This document shows positions 37,615 to 48,374 of a stretch of DNA of 64,000 nt, in pieces. The notes under the pieces are model-generated. The model worked only from the letters and a program-made list of their open reading frames with translations, ran no database searches and had not been told where the DNA came from. A program made the position numbers and the translations under genes. This DNA is from an uncultured delta proteobacterium (GTDB taxonomy: Bacteria > Myxococcota_A > Polyangia > Polyangiales > Polyangiaceae). The stretch lies in the NCBI GenBank assembly GCA_963841435.1, contig CAWJCS010000004.1:192001-256000 (forward strand), in the 5' to 3' direction. Numbering within the stretch: position 1 is the first letter of the stretch; the number at the start of each line of letters is the position of its first letter.

Positions 37615-39033
37615 GTGAAGCGTCGGGCTCGGCGAGTGTCCTGGGTCGCGGTGGCGGTCACATCGCTCGCTGCCGCGTGGGTGTCGAGCGTGTGGCTCGC
37701 GGGCGTGCTCGTCGAGCGCGAGCTCGAGCGGTTCGCGACGGAGTCGGGGTTGCGTCTCGACGCGACCTCGAGACGCTCGTGGGTTCCCGGACGCGTCGTC
37801 CTCCGCGACGTGACGCTCGAGACGCGGTCCGGGGATTTTTCGCTGCGTGCGGGGAGCATCGAGCTTCACGTAGTGCTCTCGAGCCTGCTATCGCACGAGC
37901 TCGAGCTCGGCCTTTTGACGCTCGGAGACGTGGAGCTCGACCTCGGCGCGGACGTTGCGACCCCGCCCGCGGCCGCGAGGCGCCCGGACGCGGCGTCAGC
38001 GGCCGCCATGAGGTCGGCCGCGGCGGTAGCGTCACCCACGTGGGGTGTGCGCGTTGGGCGCGGGTCACTCGAGCTCCGGCGACTCAATCTTGCGGGCTCC
38101 CGGCTGAGCGGGCGCGTCACCGTCCGGCTCGACGGGCTCACAATCGCGGACGGTCGCGTTTCGGGTCGCCTCGTGCTCGAAGGCGACGGCGCGCTGTCTT
38201 CCAACGCGGGCACCCGAACGCGGCTCAGCGCGAAGCAAGGGACGAACGCCGAGCTTGGTGTGCGCGACGATCGGTCGCTCGACGTGCGGCTCGTAGCCGC
38301 CGAGGTTCGGCTTAGACACGGTGACTGGGCAATCGCCTTCCACGAAGCGCGCGCCACCGCCAACGGCGCCGCTACGGGCGCCGAGCCGACTGGCAGCGTT
38401 TCGCTCGTGAGCCCGCACGCCACGCTCGCGCACGGATCAAGCTCGTTCGATTTCGAGCTCGACGCGCAGGCCGCCATCTCCGAGCTCCATCCGGCGTCGT
38501 TCGGGGTTCGATTCGGCGACGGGCGCGTGAAGGCCCACCTCCTGGCTTCCACGAAAGGGGGGCCGTGGGGCGACCTGCGGCTGGGAGTCCGCGTCGACCG
38601 AGGCTCGCTGTCGCTCCGCAGCGGAGCGAGCGTCGTCGGCGCGCTCCACGTTGCGGGGGACGACGGTGGGTCGTTGCTCGAGGTGCTCGGGCTCCCCGGG
38701 TCCATCGAGCTTGCCTTGTCGTCGCTCTCCGGTCGCCCGTTCGACGTTCGCGCGCGGATCGATCGCACTCCGCGACGCTTCTCGATCACTCACCTCGTCG
38801 CCGAGAGCCCCGCGCTGCGTGTCGAGGGAGCCTTGGTGCGCGTTCGGGGCGTGCAGCGTCTCGCGCTGCTCGTCCACCGAGGCAGAATGGCGATGGGTGT
38901 CGCAGTGGGTCCCAATGGCGCGCGCCTCGAACCGATGCCCGAGCGTGGCTGGCTTGCGCGCGAAACGGCGAAGCTTCGCCGCGGTATGACTCCTCGCGGA
39001 CATGGGCGCGCCGAAGGCGTGTCGGCACGGTAG
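37615..39033 (+). CDS. membrane-anchored beta-rich protein (AsmA-like architecture)
   Basis: N-terminal TM helix followed by continuous amphipathic beta strands. Confidence 0.55.
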   Translation: MKRRARRVSWVAVAVTSLAAAWVSSVWLAGVLVERELERFATESGLRLDATSRRSWVPGRVVLRDVTLETRSGDFSLRAGSIELHVVLSSLLSHELELGLLTLGDVELDLGADVATPPAAARRPDAASAAAMRSAAAVASPTWGVRVGRGSLELRRLNLAGSRLSGRVTVRLDGLTIADGRVSGRLVLEGDGALSSNAGTRTRLSAKQGTNAELGVRDDRSLDVRLVAAEVRLRHGDWAIAFHEARATANGAATGAEPTGSVSLVSPHATLAHGSSSFDFELDAQAAISELHPASFGVRFGDGRVKAHLLASTKGGPWGDLRLGVRVDRGSLSLRSGASVVGALHVAGDDGGSLLEVLGLPGSIELALSSLSGRPFDVRARIDRTPRRFSITHLVAESPALRVEGALVRVRGVQRLALLVHRGRMAMGVAVGPNGARLEPMPERGWLARETAKLRRGMTPRGHGRAEGVSAR

Positions 39034-39038
39034 TTGCT
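39023..39038 (+). promoter_or_regulatory. sigma54 -24/-12 promoter
   Basis: CGGCACGGTAGTTGCT, GG-N10-GC, upstream of RBS AAAGGAGG. Confidence 0.65.
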
Positions 39039-39065
39039 TGTTCGTTGAGTGAAAGGAGGACGACC

Positions 39066-39914
39066 ATGCGAGCTTGCCATCTGCCCTACCTCGGTTGGGC
39101 GCTATTGAGTCTAGTGTCGTTCGGCTGCAGCTATCGAGAGCCGAAGGCCGACGCGAGCGAGACGAAGAAGCCGGACAAGGCCGCTGAGGCCGCCCTGAGC
39201 GCGTCGAAAACGAGCGACGCTCGGGCTGCTGCGAAGGTGGACGTCGCGGGCCTCGCGACGTGCGAGCCGACGCGCGCCGCGATGCAGTCGACCTTAGCGA
39301 CTCTCGCCGCATCCGCAGACGCGGACTCCGACGGCAAAATCTCCCGCCCCGAGGCCGAATCGCTCGTGAACTTTCTCGTGGGAGGCTTCATGTTCCGCGC
39401 CGACGAAAACGGCGACGGAACGGTGACCCCTTCCGAGGGCCGCAAAGTGCGCATGGAGCTCACCGAGCAGCACCCGGCGCTCGCCGCGCTCCTCGCTCAG
39501 GTGCGTGCCGCCACGGGGACCAATCCGTTCCACGAGCTCGCCTCGCTCCTCGACGTGAACTACGAGAAACCGGTCAAGGCGAGCGACGCTCGCGCCGTGG
39601 CGCTGGTCGTTCTCGACGATGTCTTCAAGGTCGCCGATCAGAACCACGATGGTGCCATCACCGAGAGCGAGGCCAGGGCGGCGGGCATGAAGGGCGAAAA
39701 TGCCCTCGGCGAGCAGGCGTTTGCCGCGGCCGACGCGAATTCGGACGGGTACCTCGACGAGAAGGAGTTCGAAAGGCCGCTCGAAGCGTCGGCGAGGATT
39801 GCGTTTCGCATCGCTGACGCGAACGACGACGACAAGCTCACCAAGGACGAGGCTCGAGCGGCGCTGGGGGGCGTCGTTCGGCAAATCGGCTTGTTGACCA
39901 CGATGACGAACTGA
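39066..39914 (+). CDS. EF-hand calcium-binding lipoprotein
   Basis: SFGC lipobox; DADSDGKISRPE, DENGDGTVTPSE, DQNHDGAITESE, DANSDGYLDEKE, DANDDDKLTKDE. Confidence 0.85.
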   Translation: MRACHLPYLGWALLSLVSFGCSYREPKADASETKKPDKAAEAALSASKTSDARAAAKVDVAGLATCEPTRAAMQSTLATLAASADADSDGKISRPEAESLVNFLVGGFMFRADENGDGTVTPSEGRKVRMELTEQHPALAALLAQVRAATGTNPFHELASLLDVNYEKPVKASDARAVALVVLDDVFKVADQNHDGAITESEARAAGMKGENALGEQAFAAADANSDGYLDEKEFERPLEASARIAFRIADANDDDKLTKDEARAALGGVVRQIGLLTTMTN

Positions 39915-39960
39915 GGCGCGCCGCGAGCAACGGTGCGGCTCTTTGCCCGAGGAGTCAGCC

Positions 39961-40167
39961 ATGACGTTTTCGAACGAGGAGCAGCTGGACGAAGAGGTCG
40001 ATGCCACCTTGCGCGAGCTCCGCCGCCGGCGGAGCGCCAAGTTGACACTCGTGATCGTGGGCATGGTGCTCGGTGGCGTGGCCGCGGTCGCCGCGACGGC
40101 GCTCATGTACTCCGATACCACCCACGCCATCGGCTCAGACCGGATCGGTTCGGGCGCAACGAAGTAG
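39961..40167 (+). CDS. small single-TM protein
   Basis: RBS GAGGAG, 68 aa, one hydrophobic helix. Confidence 0.55.
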   Translation: MTFSNEEQLDEEVDATLRELRRRRSAKLTLVIVGMVLGGVAAVAATALMYSDTTHAIGSDRIGSGATK

Positions 40168-40210
40168 CGTCCCTGTACCGCACGGGATGGCGTAGGCTTG
40201 CCGCGCCCCG

Positions 40211-40594
40211 ATGCCCGTCACGGAGATGAACCACTTCACGGTCCTGACCGACGATCTCGAGGCGACGCTCGCCTTCTACGTCGGGCTGCTCGAGCTCGAG
40301 CCGGGGCCGCGGCCGTCGCTCGGCTTTCCGGGGGCGTGGCTCTACGCAGGCGGGCGTGCCGTGCTTCACGTCATCGCGGGCCGGCCGCTGCCGAACGAGC
40401 CGCGCGGCGTGCTCGATCACATGGCGTTCAGCGGACGCGACCTCGCCGGGCTCGTGGCGCGCCTCGATGCTGCGGCCGTGAGCTACCGGCTCGGACGCCA
40501 GCCCGACACGGGCGTTTGGCAGCTCTTCGTCGAGGACCCGAGCGGCGCGAAGGTCGAGCTCGACTTCGACCCGAACGAGGAGCTCCCGCGCTAG
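40211..40594 (+). CDS. VOC/glyoxalase family protein
   Basis: NHFTV, FY..LL, GAWLY, LDHMAF, QLFVEDPSG.KVEL. Confidence 0.88.
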   Translation: MPVTEMNHFTVLTDDLEATLAFYVGLLELEPGPRPSLGFPGAWLYAGGRAVLHVIAGRPLPNEPRGVLDHMAFSGRDLAGLVARLDAAAVSYRLGRQPDTGVWQLFVEDPSGAKVELDFDPNEELPR

Positions 40595-40747
40595 CCCCGA
40601 GCTCTGCGACCGTGGAAGAACGGATTGCGATCGGCGCCGGCCGCAAAGACGCACGGGAAATACGGGCACGGCCGCTTGGGCGGGCCCGCGGCGCTCGGCG
40701 GGTGACGCACGTGCCCCGGGGCTGATACCGTGGCGGGCTGATCCATC

Positions 40748-43700
40748 ATGAGCCTGGCCCCGGCAGCCGTCACGATCCCGGACCGCTTCAGCATCGAGCG
40801 ACGGCTTGGCGCGGGCGCCTTCGGCACGGTCTTCGTCGTCTGGGATCGTGAGCGCGAGCAGCGGGTTGCCCTCAAGCGCCTCGAACGCGCGGATCCGGCG
40901 TCCATCTACCGCTTCAAGCAGGAGTTTCGGGCGCTTGCCGACCTCGTGCACCCGAATCTCGTGCGGCTGCACGAGCTGTTCGCGCTCGACGAAGGCTGGT
41001 GTTTTACGATGGATCTCGTCGACGGCGTGCGCTTCGACACCTGGGCACGCGGTTTCGACGAGGAGCCAGACGACCCGGGCTCCGACGGTGCCTCGCGTTC
41101 GGGGCCGCGGCGCGGCGCGTCCGTCGAAACGTTGCTCGACCTGCCGTCGCCGTCGGGCGACGGCCTCGTGCGGGCGCTGCCGGGGCGCCTGCCCTTCGAC
41201 GAGGAGCGGGCTCGGCGCGCGGCGCGCGGGCTCTTGCGCGGGGTGATCGCGCTGCACGCCGCGGGCATCCTGCACCGTGATCTCAAGCCCTCGAACGTGC
41301 TCGTGGAGCGCGACGGCCGCGTCGTGATCCTCGACTTCGGCCTCGTCGCGACGAACGTCGTCGAGAGCCACCTGAGCCTCGACGGAACGGTCGCCGGCAC
41401 GCCCGCCTACATGTCGCCGGAGCAGGCCAAGGCGCTGCCGCTCACCGCCGCGGCGGACTTCTACGCCGTCGGGGCGATGCTCTACGAAATTCTCTGCGGG
41501 CACGTGCCCTTCGCGGGCTCGATTGCCGCCATGCTCGGCGCGCGCACGCTCAAGGACGTGCCGGACCCGCGCGACGCGTGGCAAGGCTTGCCCAACGACC
41601 TCTGCGACCTTTCGCTCTCGCTCTTGCGGCGCGACCCGATGCGGCGACCGACCGCCGTCGAGCTCGTTTCGTCACTCGACCTCGAGATGGCGGCGCGCCA
41701 CGTTTCGGCACCGGCAGCGACGACGTTCGTCGGGCGCCAGGCGGAGCTCGCCGCGCTCGAACGTGCGCTGGCTCAGGCGAAGGCCGGCAAGACGGTCGTC
41801 GCGCATGTCCACGGCCCGTCGGGCTACGGCAAAACCACGCTCCTAAGACGCTTCCTCGGCGGCCTCGGAGAGAGGCACGAGGTGACCGTGTTCGAGGGGC
41901 GCTGCTACGAGCGCGAATCGGTTCCGTTCAAGGCGTTCGACGAGCTCGTCGACGCGCTCGGCCGCCATCTCGCGCGGCTCAGGCCCGTCGAGGCGGCGGC
42001 GCTCGTACCCCGCGACGCGCCGGCGCTGATCCGTCTGTTCCCCGCGCTCGGTCGGCTCGACGTCATGGCCAGCGTGCCGGGGCGGCCGGCGACGGCCGAT
42101 GCGCACGAGCTCCGCCGTCGCGCTTTCGGGGCGTTGCGCGAGATCGTCACGCGCCTCGGTGACAGCCGGACGCCGATTCTCGTCATCGACGACGCGCAAT
42201 GGGGCGATGCCGACAGTGCGAAGCTCGCGCGGCACGTGCTGGCGCCTCCCGATGCTCCGCCGCTGCTCCTGATCGTGGCCCACCGCAGCGACGGCGAAGA
42301 GGACAACGAGCTCTTGCGCACGTTGCGCTCGCCCGAGGCCTTCGACGTGGCGTGGGAAACCGTCGACGTGCCCGTCGGGCCGCTCGCCGAGCTCGACGCG
42401 CTGTCGCTCGCGGCGAGCTTGCTCGGCTCGGATGGCGCCGAGGGCGAGCAAAGCCGCGCCATCGCCGCGGAGTCGGCCGGAAGCCCGCTGTTCGTTTCCG
42501 AGCTCGCGCGGACGGCCAAGGCCGGTCGGGGCAACGCGCAGGTGGTCTCGCTGCAGCGCGTGGTTGACGAGCGCGTGGCCTCGCTCCACGACGCGGCCAA
42601 GGTCGTGCTCGAGCTGCTCGCCTGCAGCGAGCGCCCGCTGGAAGAGGGTGAGCTGCGCGCGGCCGCCGGCCTCGACGCGCAGGGGTTATCCATGGCGATC
42701 GATCGCCTGCGCGACGAGCACCTGCTCGCCGTCGCCACGCGCCGCGGCCGCACCGTGCACGCCATCCCCCACGACAAGCTTCGACTTTCGGTGCGCGCGG
42801 GCCTCGACGCCGCGCGCATCGAGCGGCATCACCTGGCGCTGGCGCGCGCGCTCCAGTCGTCGGGTGATGCGGAGCCGGAGCACCTGGCACACCACTTCCG
42901 CGCTGCCGGTGTGCGGCACGAGAGCCTGCTCTGGAACGAGCGTGCCGGCGATCAGGCCCAGGAGGCCGCGGCTTTCGAACGCGCGGTCACGCTCTACGGT
43001 TTCTCGCTCGAGCACGCCGAGGGGCTCGAGCGGCGCCGCCTCATGCAGAAGCGCGCCGTGGCGCTCGCCAACGCGGGCAGGGGGCTCGACGCCGCCGAGG
43101 CGTACCTTTCGGCCGCTGCGGCGCTAAACGGCGACGCGGCCCTCGAGCTCCGGCAGCGCGCTGCCGAGCAGTTCTTGAGGGCAGGGCACGTCGCCGACGC
43201 GCTCGCCACCTTCGGCCCCGTGCTCAAACAAGCCGACCTCGATCTGCCGAAGTCGCCCAAGACAGCGCTCGCTTCGCTGCTCATGGCGCGCGCCAGGCTG
43301 AAGCTCCGCGGCACCCGTTTCCGCGAGCGAAAGGAGGAGGACGTGCCCACGGCGAGCTTGCACCGCATCGATCTTTGTTGGTCGCTCGGCAACGGGCTCT
43401 CCGGCATCGATTTGGTGCGGAGCGCGAGCTACCACGGTTCGAGCTTGCTTCTCTCGCTCGACGCTGGCGAGCCGTACCGCGTGGCACGGGCGCTCGCGAT
43501 GCACGCCGTGATGAAGGCGCTCGAGAGCGCCGAGGGCGCACGCCACGCGGAGGAGCTCGCGGATCGCGCACACGCGCTCGCCGAGCGCACCGGTCTCGTG
43601 AGCGCGCGCGGTTGGGCCGCCGCGGCGCGCGCGATCATCGCCTGGGGCAACTCGGAATTTGCGGCGTGCGTCGCGCGTTGCGACGACGCGCAAGGGCTGC

Positions 43701-44507
43701 TGCGCGAGCGCTCTCAGGCCAATTTCCGCGAAATTGGCTCGCTCGAGGTCTGGTTCGCGCTCCATTCGCTGTTTCTCCTCGGCGAGCTCGACCGCTTCGC
43801 AGAACGCGCGCCGGCGTGCGCTCGCGAAGCCGAAGCGCGCGGCGACCGCTACACGCTCTCGACCGTGCGCGCCTACGACATGCCCGTGCTGTGGGCGATC
43901 CGTGATCGGCCCCTCGAGGGTCGCCGCGAGGCGAAGGCCGCCATCGAGCCGTGGCCCGAAGGCGTCTGGTACCACCAACATTGGGCGGCGGTGCGGGCCC
44001 ACTGCCTGCTCGACCTCTACTCCGGCGACGGCGAGAAGGCGCTCGAGCGCGCCGCCAGCGCCCGGCCGCTCATGCAGCGCGCCATGCAGCTTCGCATCCG
44101 CACGCTCCGCCTGGAGCTCAACTACCTGGAGGCGCGCGGCGCGCTCTCGGCGGCGCTCGCCGGCAACGGCGTGGTGGAGCGCACGCGCCTCGTCGAGGAA
44201 CGCGTGAAGTTGCTCGACGCCGAGCAGAGTGGCCTCGCGAGCGTCTACGCGGGCGCATTGCGGGCCGGTCTCGCCGGGCTTGCGGGAGGTCAGCCGGCGG
44301 TCGTCGCCTTCCAGCGCGTGCGCGACGCATTCCGCGCCCTGTCGATGCCGCTGCACGCCTCGGCGGCCGAGCACCGCATCGCCGAGCTCGAGGTCACGGG
44401 ACGCCCGCCCGACGACGCTCTCGACCGACTGCACGCGCACGGCGTCGTCGCGCCCGAGCGCTTCGTTCGACATGCTCTTGCCCGCGGTGCGGCCGCCGGG
44501 GAGCTGA
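40748..44507 (+). CDS. Ser/Thr kinase - AAA ATPase - TPR-like multidomain protein (as-is ORF runs to 44629; probable +1 frameshift near 44466)
   Basis: GAGAFG, HRDLKPSN, DFG; FVGR..EL, Walker A GPSGYGKT, Walker B LVIDDAQW; helical C-terminus. Confidence 0.9.
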
Positions 44508-44625
44508 GCCAGCCCGCGCGCGACGCGCCCGAGCGCGCTAAAAATTCCGGCGCCGCCACCTTGTTTCACGTTCGTGTCGGGGGTGGCGCCCACGCGAATC
44601 CCGTGCGATCCAACGGGCCGGCCCC

Positions 44626-45712
44626 GTGAAGCTCCCGCTCGCGCTCGCTCCGCTCGTGATTTCCCTAGCGTGTGGTCGGTCGAGCCTCGACGACCTCCTG
44701 CTCGACGCGTCCGGTGCGGGCGGCGGCGGCTTCGGTGGTAGCTCGGGCCGCGGCGTGGGCGCGAGCGGCGGTGACGGCAATGCTCCGAGTCAGGGCGGGG
44801 ACGCCGGAGGCTCACGCGGCGGCACGTCGGGTGCTTCGGTCGGCGGGGCGTCGGGTGCTTCGGTCGGCGGCGGGTCCGGAGTGGGCGGCGCCGCGGCGGG
44901 TGCGGGCGGAATCGGCGGCGCAAGCGGTGCGAGCGGCGCGGGGCGCGGTGCGGAGGCGGGCGCTGCCGGGCGACCGGACGCGCGCTGCGGCGACGGCAGC
45001 GTCGATCCGGGTGAAAGCTGCGACCCGGGCTCCGACCCAGCACCTTTTGCCCTCGAGATCCGCCAGGGCGACCTGCGCGTCGAGGTGCTCCCGCTCGTGG
45101 GCCCGAGCTCCGCCACCGACTTTTATGCCTACCGCTCGGCGAGCGCGCACACGGGGTTCGAGGCCGTCGGCGCGAGCCGGATTTACCTTTATCGTTGGAG
45201 TGCCGAGCAGGCGCTGAGCCTCGTCATGCACCACGGCATCGACGCCGGCTCGGGCGTTGCTCAGCCCGAGTCGTCGGTGATCTTCGGGATTCAAGGGTCT
45301 GCCTAGCACGGGTGTCGTCGCCGTCTCCGACGATCGCAACGAGCTCGTGCGCGACACCCCGAGCTCCGCGGTCGGTGACTGGGGATTCGACAACAACTCG
45401 GACGGCGGCGTGATCGGTGGTCTGCCCTGGCCCGGCAGCTTCCACCTCGTCGTCCAAGCGTCGTTCCTCGCGGGCATCACCGACTGGAGCTACCTGTCCG
45501 GTACGGGCAACCCCGATGTCGGCGTCGCACAAAGCTACGCGCTCGACCCCTCCCAGCCGCTCGAAATCATCGCCTCGGGCGATGCCGTCGAGTGTCGCGC
45601 CGACTGCACGCTCCCCACGTGCGGCGACGGGCACCTCGATCCAGGCGAGGTGTGCGACGACGGCAACGATGCACCGGGGGACGGCTGCGTCAGCTGCCTG
45701 CCGGAGCCTTGA
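44626..45712 (+). CDS. Gly-rich lipoprotein with myxobacterial Cys-rich (DUF4215-like) repeats (apparent +1 frameshift near 45296)
   Basis: LAC lipobox; CGDG.VDPGESCD and CGDGHLDPGEVCDDGN..GDGC. Confidence 0.75.
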
Positions 45713-45785
45713 GCGGGACCTCCGAGTAGGGTACCGCCCGCGCCGGTTGAGCCGCCGCGGTATGCGGCGTAGATTCGCGCTCCCT

Positions 45786-46244
45786 ATGAAGAACGCCCCG
45801 AACGGCCGCACCGTCGTCTACACCGACGGTGCCTGCAGCGGTAACCCCGGTCCCGGCGGTTGGGCGTGGGCCGCGCAGAAGGGCCCCTTCGCGAGCGGAG
45901 CGGAGCGCCACACGACGAACCAACGCATGGAGGTGACCGCGGCCTTCGAAGCGCTGAAGACGCTCGAAGGAGCCCTCGAGATCGTGAGCGACTCGACCTA
46001 CGTCGTGAACTGCTTCAACCAGCGCTGGTACGCGGGGTGGCTCAAGAAGGGTTGGCGCAACAGCCAGAACAAACCGGTGGCGAACCGCAATCTGTGGGAG
46101 CCCTTCATCGAGCTCGCTCTCGAGCGTCAGGCGCAGTTTCGCTGGGTCAAGGGTCACGGTACCGATCCGATGAACCAGCTCGTCGACGAGCTCGCCGTGC
46201 GCGCCTCGCAGCTCGGCCGCGGCGAGAGCGGTTCACGGAGTTAG
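45786..46244 (+). CDS. rnhA: ribonuclease HI
   Basis: YTDGACSGNPGPGGW, TTNQRME, SDSTYV, WVKGH...N..VD.LA. Confidence 0.95.
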   Translation: MKNAPNGRTVVYTDGACSGNPGPGGWAWAAQKGPFASGAERHTTNQRMEVTAAFEALKTLEGALEIVSDSTYVVNCFNQRWYAGWLKKGWRNSQNKPVANRNLWEPFIELALERQAQFRWVKGHGTDPMNQLVDELAVRASQLGRGESGSRS

Positions 46245-46254
46245 GCGGGGCGGC

Positions 46255-46875
46255 ATGGCCGAGCGCGCCTTCCTCGAGCCGGACGCCAAGCGGCGCGCCA
46301 CCGCCGCCGTGCGTGCCGTCGAAGCGGGGACCTCTGTCGAGCTCGTCATCGCCGTTCGTCGCAGGGCCGACCGGCACCTCGTGACGAGCATCGCGGCGGG
46401 CGTCGCTTGCGCGGTCGTCGTCTTCGCGCTCATGTGGTTTAGCCCGCAGGTCTACGACATCGACACGATGCCGCTCGACGCGCTTTTGGGCGGGCTCCTC
46501 GGCGGGCTCGCGACGGCGTTCGTACCGGGCCTCCGGCGCCTGCTCACGCCACGCGCGCGCCGACGGGCTGCGACCGAGCGGGCCGCGCGCCGCGCCTTCG
46601 AGGAGCTCGGCGTCGCGAAGACGCGCGATCGTACGGGGCTTTTGCTCTACGTTGCCCTCTTCGAGCGCAGCGTCGTGCTGGTGGCCGACGAAGGGCTGCC
46701 GCGCTCCCTCGTCGAGCAAGACTTCCAGAAAGCGAGGGAGGCGCTCGAAGCCGCCGTGGCGCGCCTCGACGTGAGCGCGTTCCTCGAGGCCGTGGCGGCG
46801 CTTGGTCCGCCCGCGGCGGGGGCCCTGCCCAGAAAGCCCGACGACGAGAACGAGCTGTGCGACAACGTCGCCTGA
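46255..46875 (+). CDS. TPM-domain membrane protein
   Basis: E..TS.E.V, two TM helices, T.DRTG.L.Y....R...V.AD.G, NEL.D. Confidence 0.8.
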   Translation: MAERAFLEPDAKRRATAAVRAVEAGTSVELVIAVRRRADRHLVTSIAAGVACAVVVFALMWFSPQVYDIDTMPLDALLGGLLGGLATAFVPGLRRLLTPRARRRAATERAARRAFEELGVAKTRDRTGLLLYVALFERSVVLVADEGLPRSLVEQDFQKAREALEAAVARLDVSAFLEAVAALGPPAAGALPRKPDDENELCDNVA

Positions 46876-46886
46876 ACCTAGCCGGG

Positions 46887-48374
46887 ATGCGGCTGCGCTC
46901 GTCGCCGCTCGTCGCCGCGCTCGTTCTCGTCGCCTGTTGCCTGCTCGCGACGGTCGCGCTCGCGCGACCCGGCGGCGGTCAGGCCTTCGGCGGCGGCACC
47001 CCGCACTCCTCGGGCCACGGCGGGGGCGGGGGCGGCAACGTCAACATCGGCCTCGTCATCGAGCTCGTGATCCTTTGCTTTCGCTACCCGCCGCTCGGGG
47101 GCGCCGTCGTACTCGTGGTCGTCGGCTACGCCGTCGTGCAGCGGCTCGGGCGCGGCAAGCTCACCGACTGGTCGGTGGGCGCGCCCGAGACCCGCGTGCG
47201 CTCGACGCGCCACGCCACCGTGGCCCGCAGCGCCCTCAATCGGCTCCGGCAAAGCGACCCCGCGTTTTCGGTCGTGCTGCTCGAGGACTTCGTCTACGCG
47301 CTCTACGCAGAGCTCCAGGTCCGCCGGCCGCACGGTGGCCTCCGCGCGATCGAGGCGTTCGTCGCACCCGAGGTTGCGACCGCTCTCGCCGATCCCTCGC
47401 TGGAAGCGGTCACGGGCGTCATCGTGGGCGCGCTCCGCTTCACGAGCTTCACGGCGCAGGGTGACTGGGTCGTGCTCGGCGTCGAGCTCGAGGTGAATCT
47501 CGGTGAGGCACGCGGCGGGCAGACCTCGCGCTACTACGCGGTCGATCGCCTAGTGCTCGTCCGCGCGGCCGGGGCGCGCTCACGCCCGCCCGCGCGCGCC
47601 AGAAAGCTCGACTGCGCGAACTGCGGCGCGCCGCTCGAGTCGCTGCGCGGAACGCGTTGCGCCTATTGCCAAAACGAGGTGGGCGGCGGCCGCCTCGACT
47701 GGCTCGTGCGCGAAGTGCATCGTCTGCACACCGAGGCGCGCCCGCCGCTCGTCACGGGCAACGTCGAGGAGCGCGGCAACGAGCTCCCGACGCTCCGGGA
47801 CCCCGGCGCCGAGCAGCGTCTCGGCGAGCTTGCCAGCCGCGACCCGGGATTTTCGCGCGACGCCCTGTTCGCCCGCATCGGGCTCGTGTTCTCGGAGCTT
47901 CAGCGTGGCTGGTCCACTCGCAATCTCGCCCCCGTCCGCCCCTACGTCACGGACAACCTCTTTCAGTACTTCGGCTACTGGGTCAACGTGTATCAGCAAG
48001 CGCGCGCTCGCAACGTCACCGAGAACGCTCGCATCCTGCGGCTCGAGCTCGCGAACGTCCTCACCGACACGTATTACGACGCCGTCACCGTGCGCCTCTT
48101 CGCCACGGGGCTCGACTACACGCTCTCCGACGACGATGGCCGGGTGCTCTCCGGCAGCCGTCGCCGCGAGCGGGCCTACAGCGAGTACTGGACGCTCGTG
48201 CGGGGTCGCGGCGCCAAGGGCCCTGCCCGCACGACGCCGAGCTGCCCGAGCTGCGGCGCGCCGCTCAAGATCGCCATGGCGGGCAACTGCGAGTATTGCC
48301 ACGCGCGCGTCGTCAGCGGCGAGTTCGATTGGGTGCTCTCGCGCATCGAGCAGGACGAGGTTTACGGGGGCTGA
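46887..48374 (+). CDS. protein with two Tim44-like domains and zinc ribbons
   Basis: ARPGGGQ.FGG start; two DP.FS...F motifs; YSEYWTL.R; CANCGAP...CAYC and CPSCGAP...CEYC. Confidence 0.8.
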   Translation: MRLRSSPLVAALVLVACCLLATVALARPGGGQAFGGGTPHSSGHGGGGGGNVNIGLVIELVILCFRYPPLGGAVVLVVVGYAVVQRLGRGKLTDWSVGAPETRVRSTRHATVARSALNRLRQSDPAFSVVLLEDFVYALYAELQVRRPHGGLRAIEAFVAPEVATALADPSLEAVTGVIVGALRFTSFTAQGDWVVLGVELEVNLGEARGGQTSRYYAVDRLVLVRAAGARSRPPARARKLDCANCGAPLESLRGTRCAYCQNEVGGGRLDWLVREVHRLHTEARPPLVTGNVEERGNELPTLRDPGAEQRLGELASRDPGFSRDALFARIGLVFSELQRGWSTRNLAPVRPYVTDNLFQYFGYWVNVYQQARARNVTENARILRLELANVLTDTYYDAVTVRLFATGLDYTLSDDDGRVLSGSRRRERAYSEYWTLVRGRGAKGPARTTPSCPSCGAPLKIAMAGNCEYCHARVVSGEFDWVLSRIEQDEVYGG

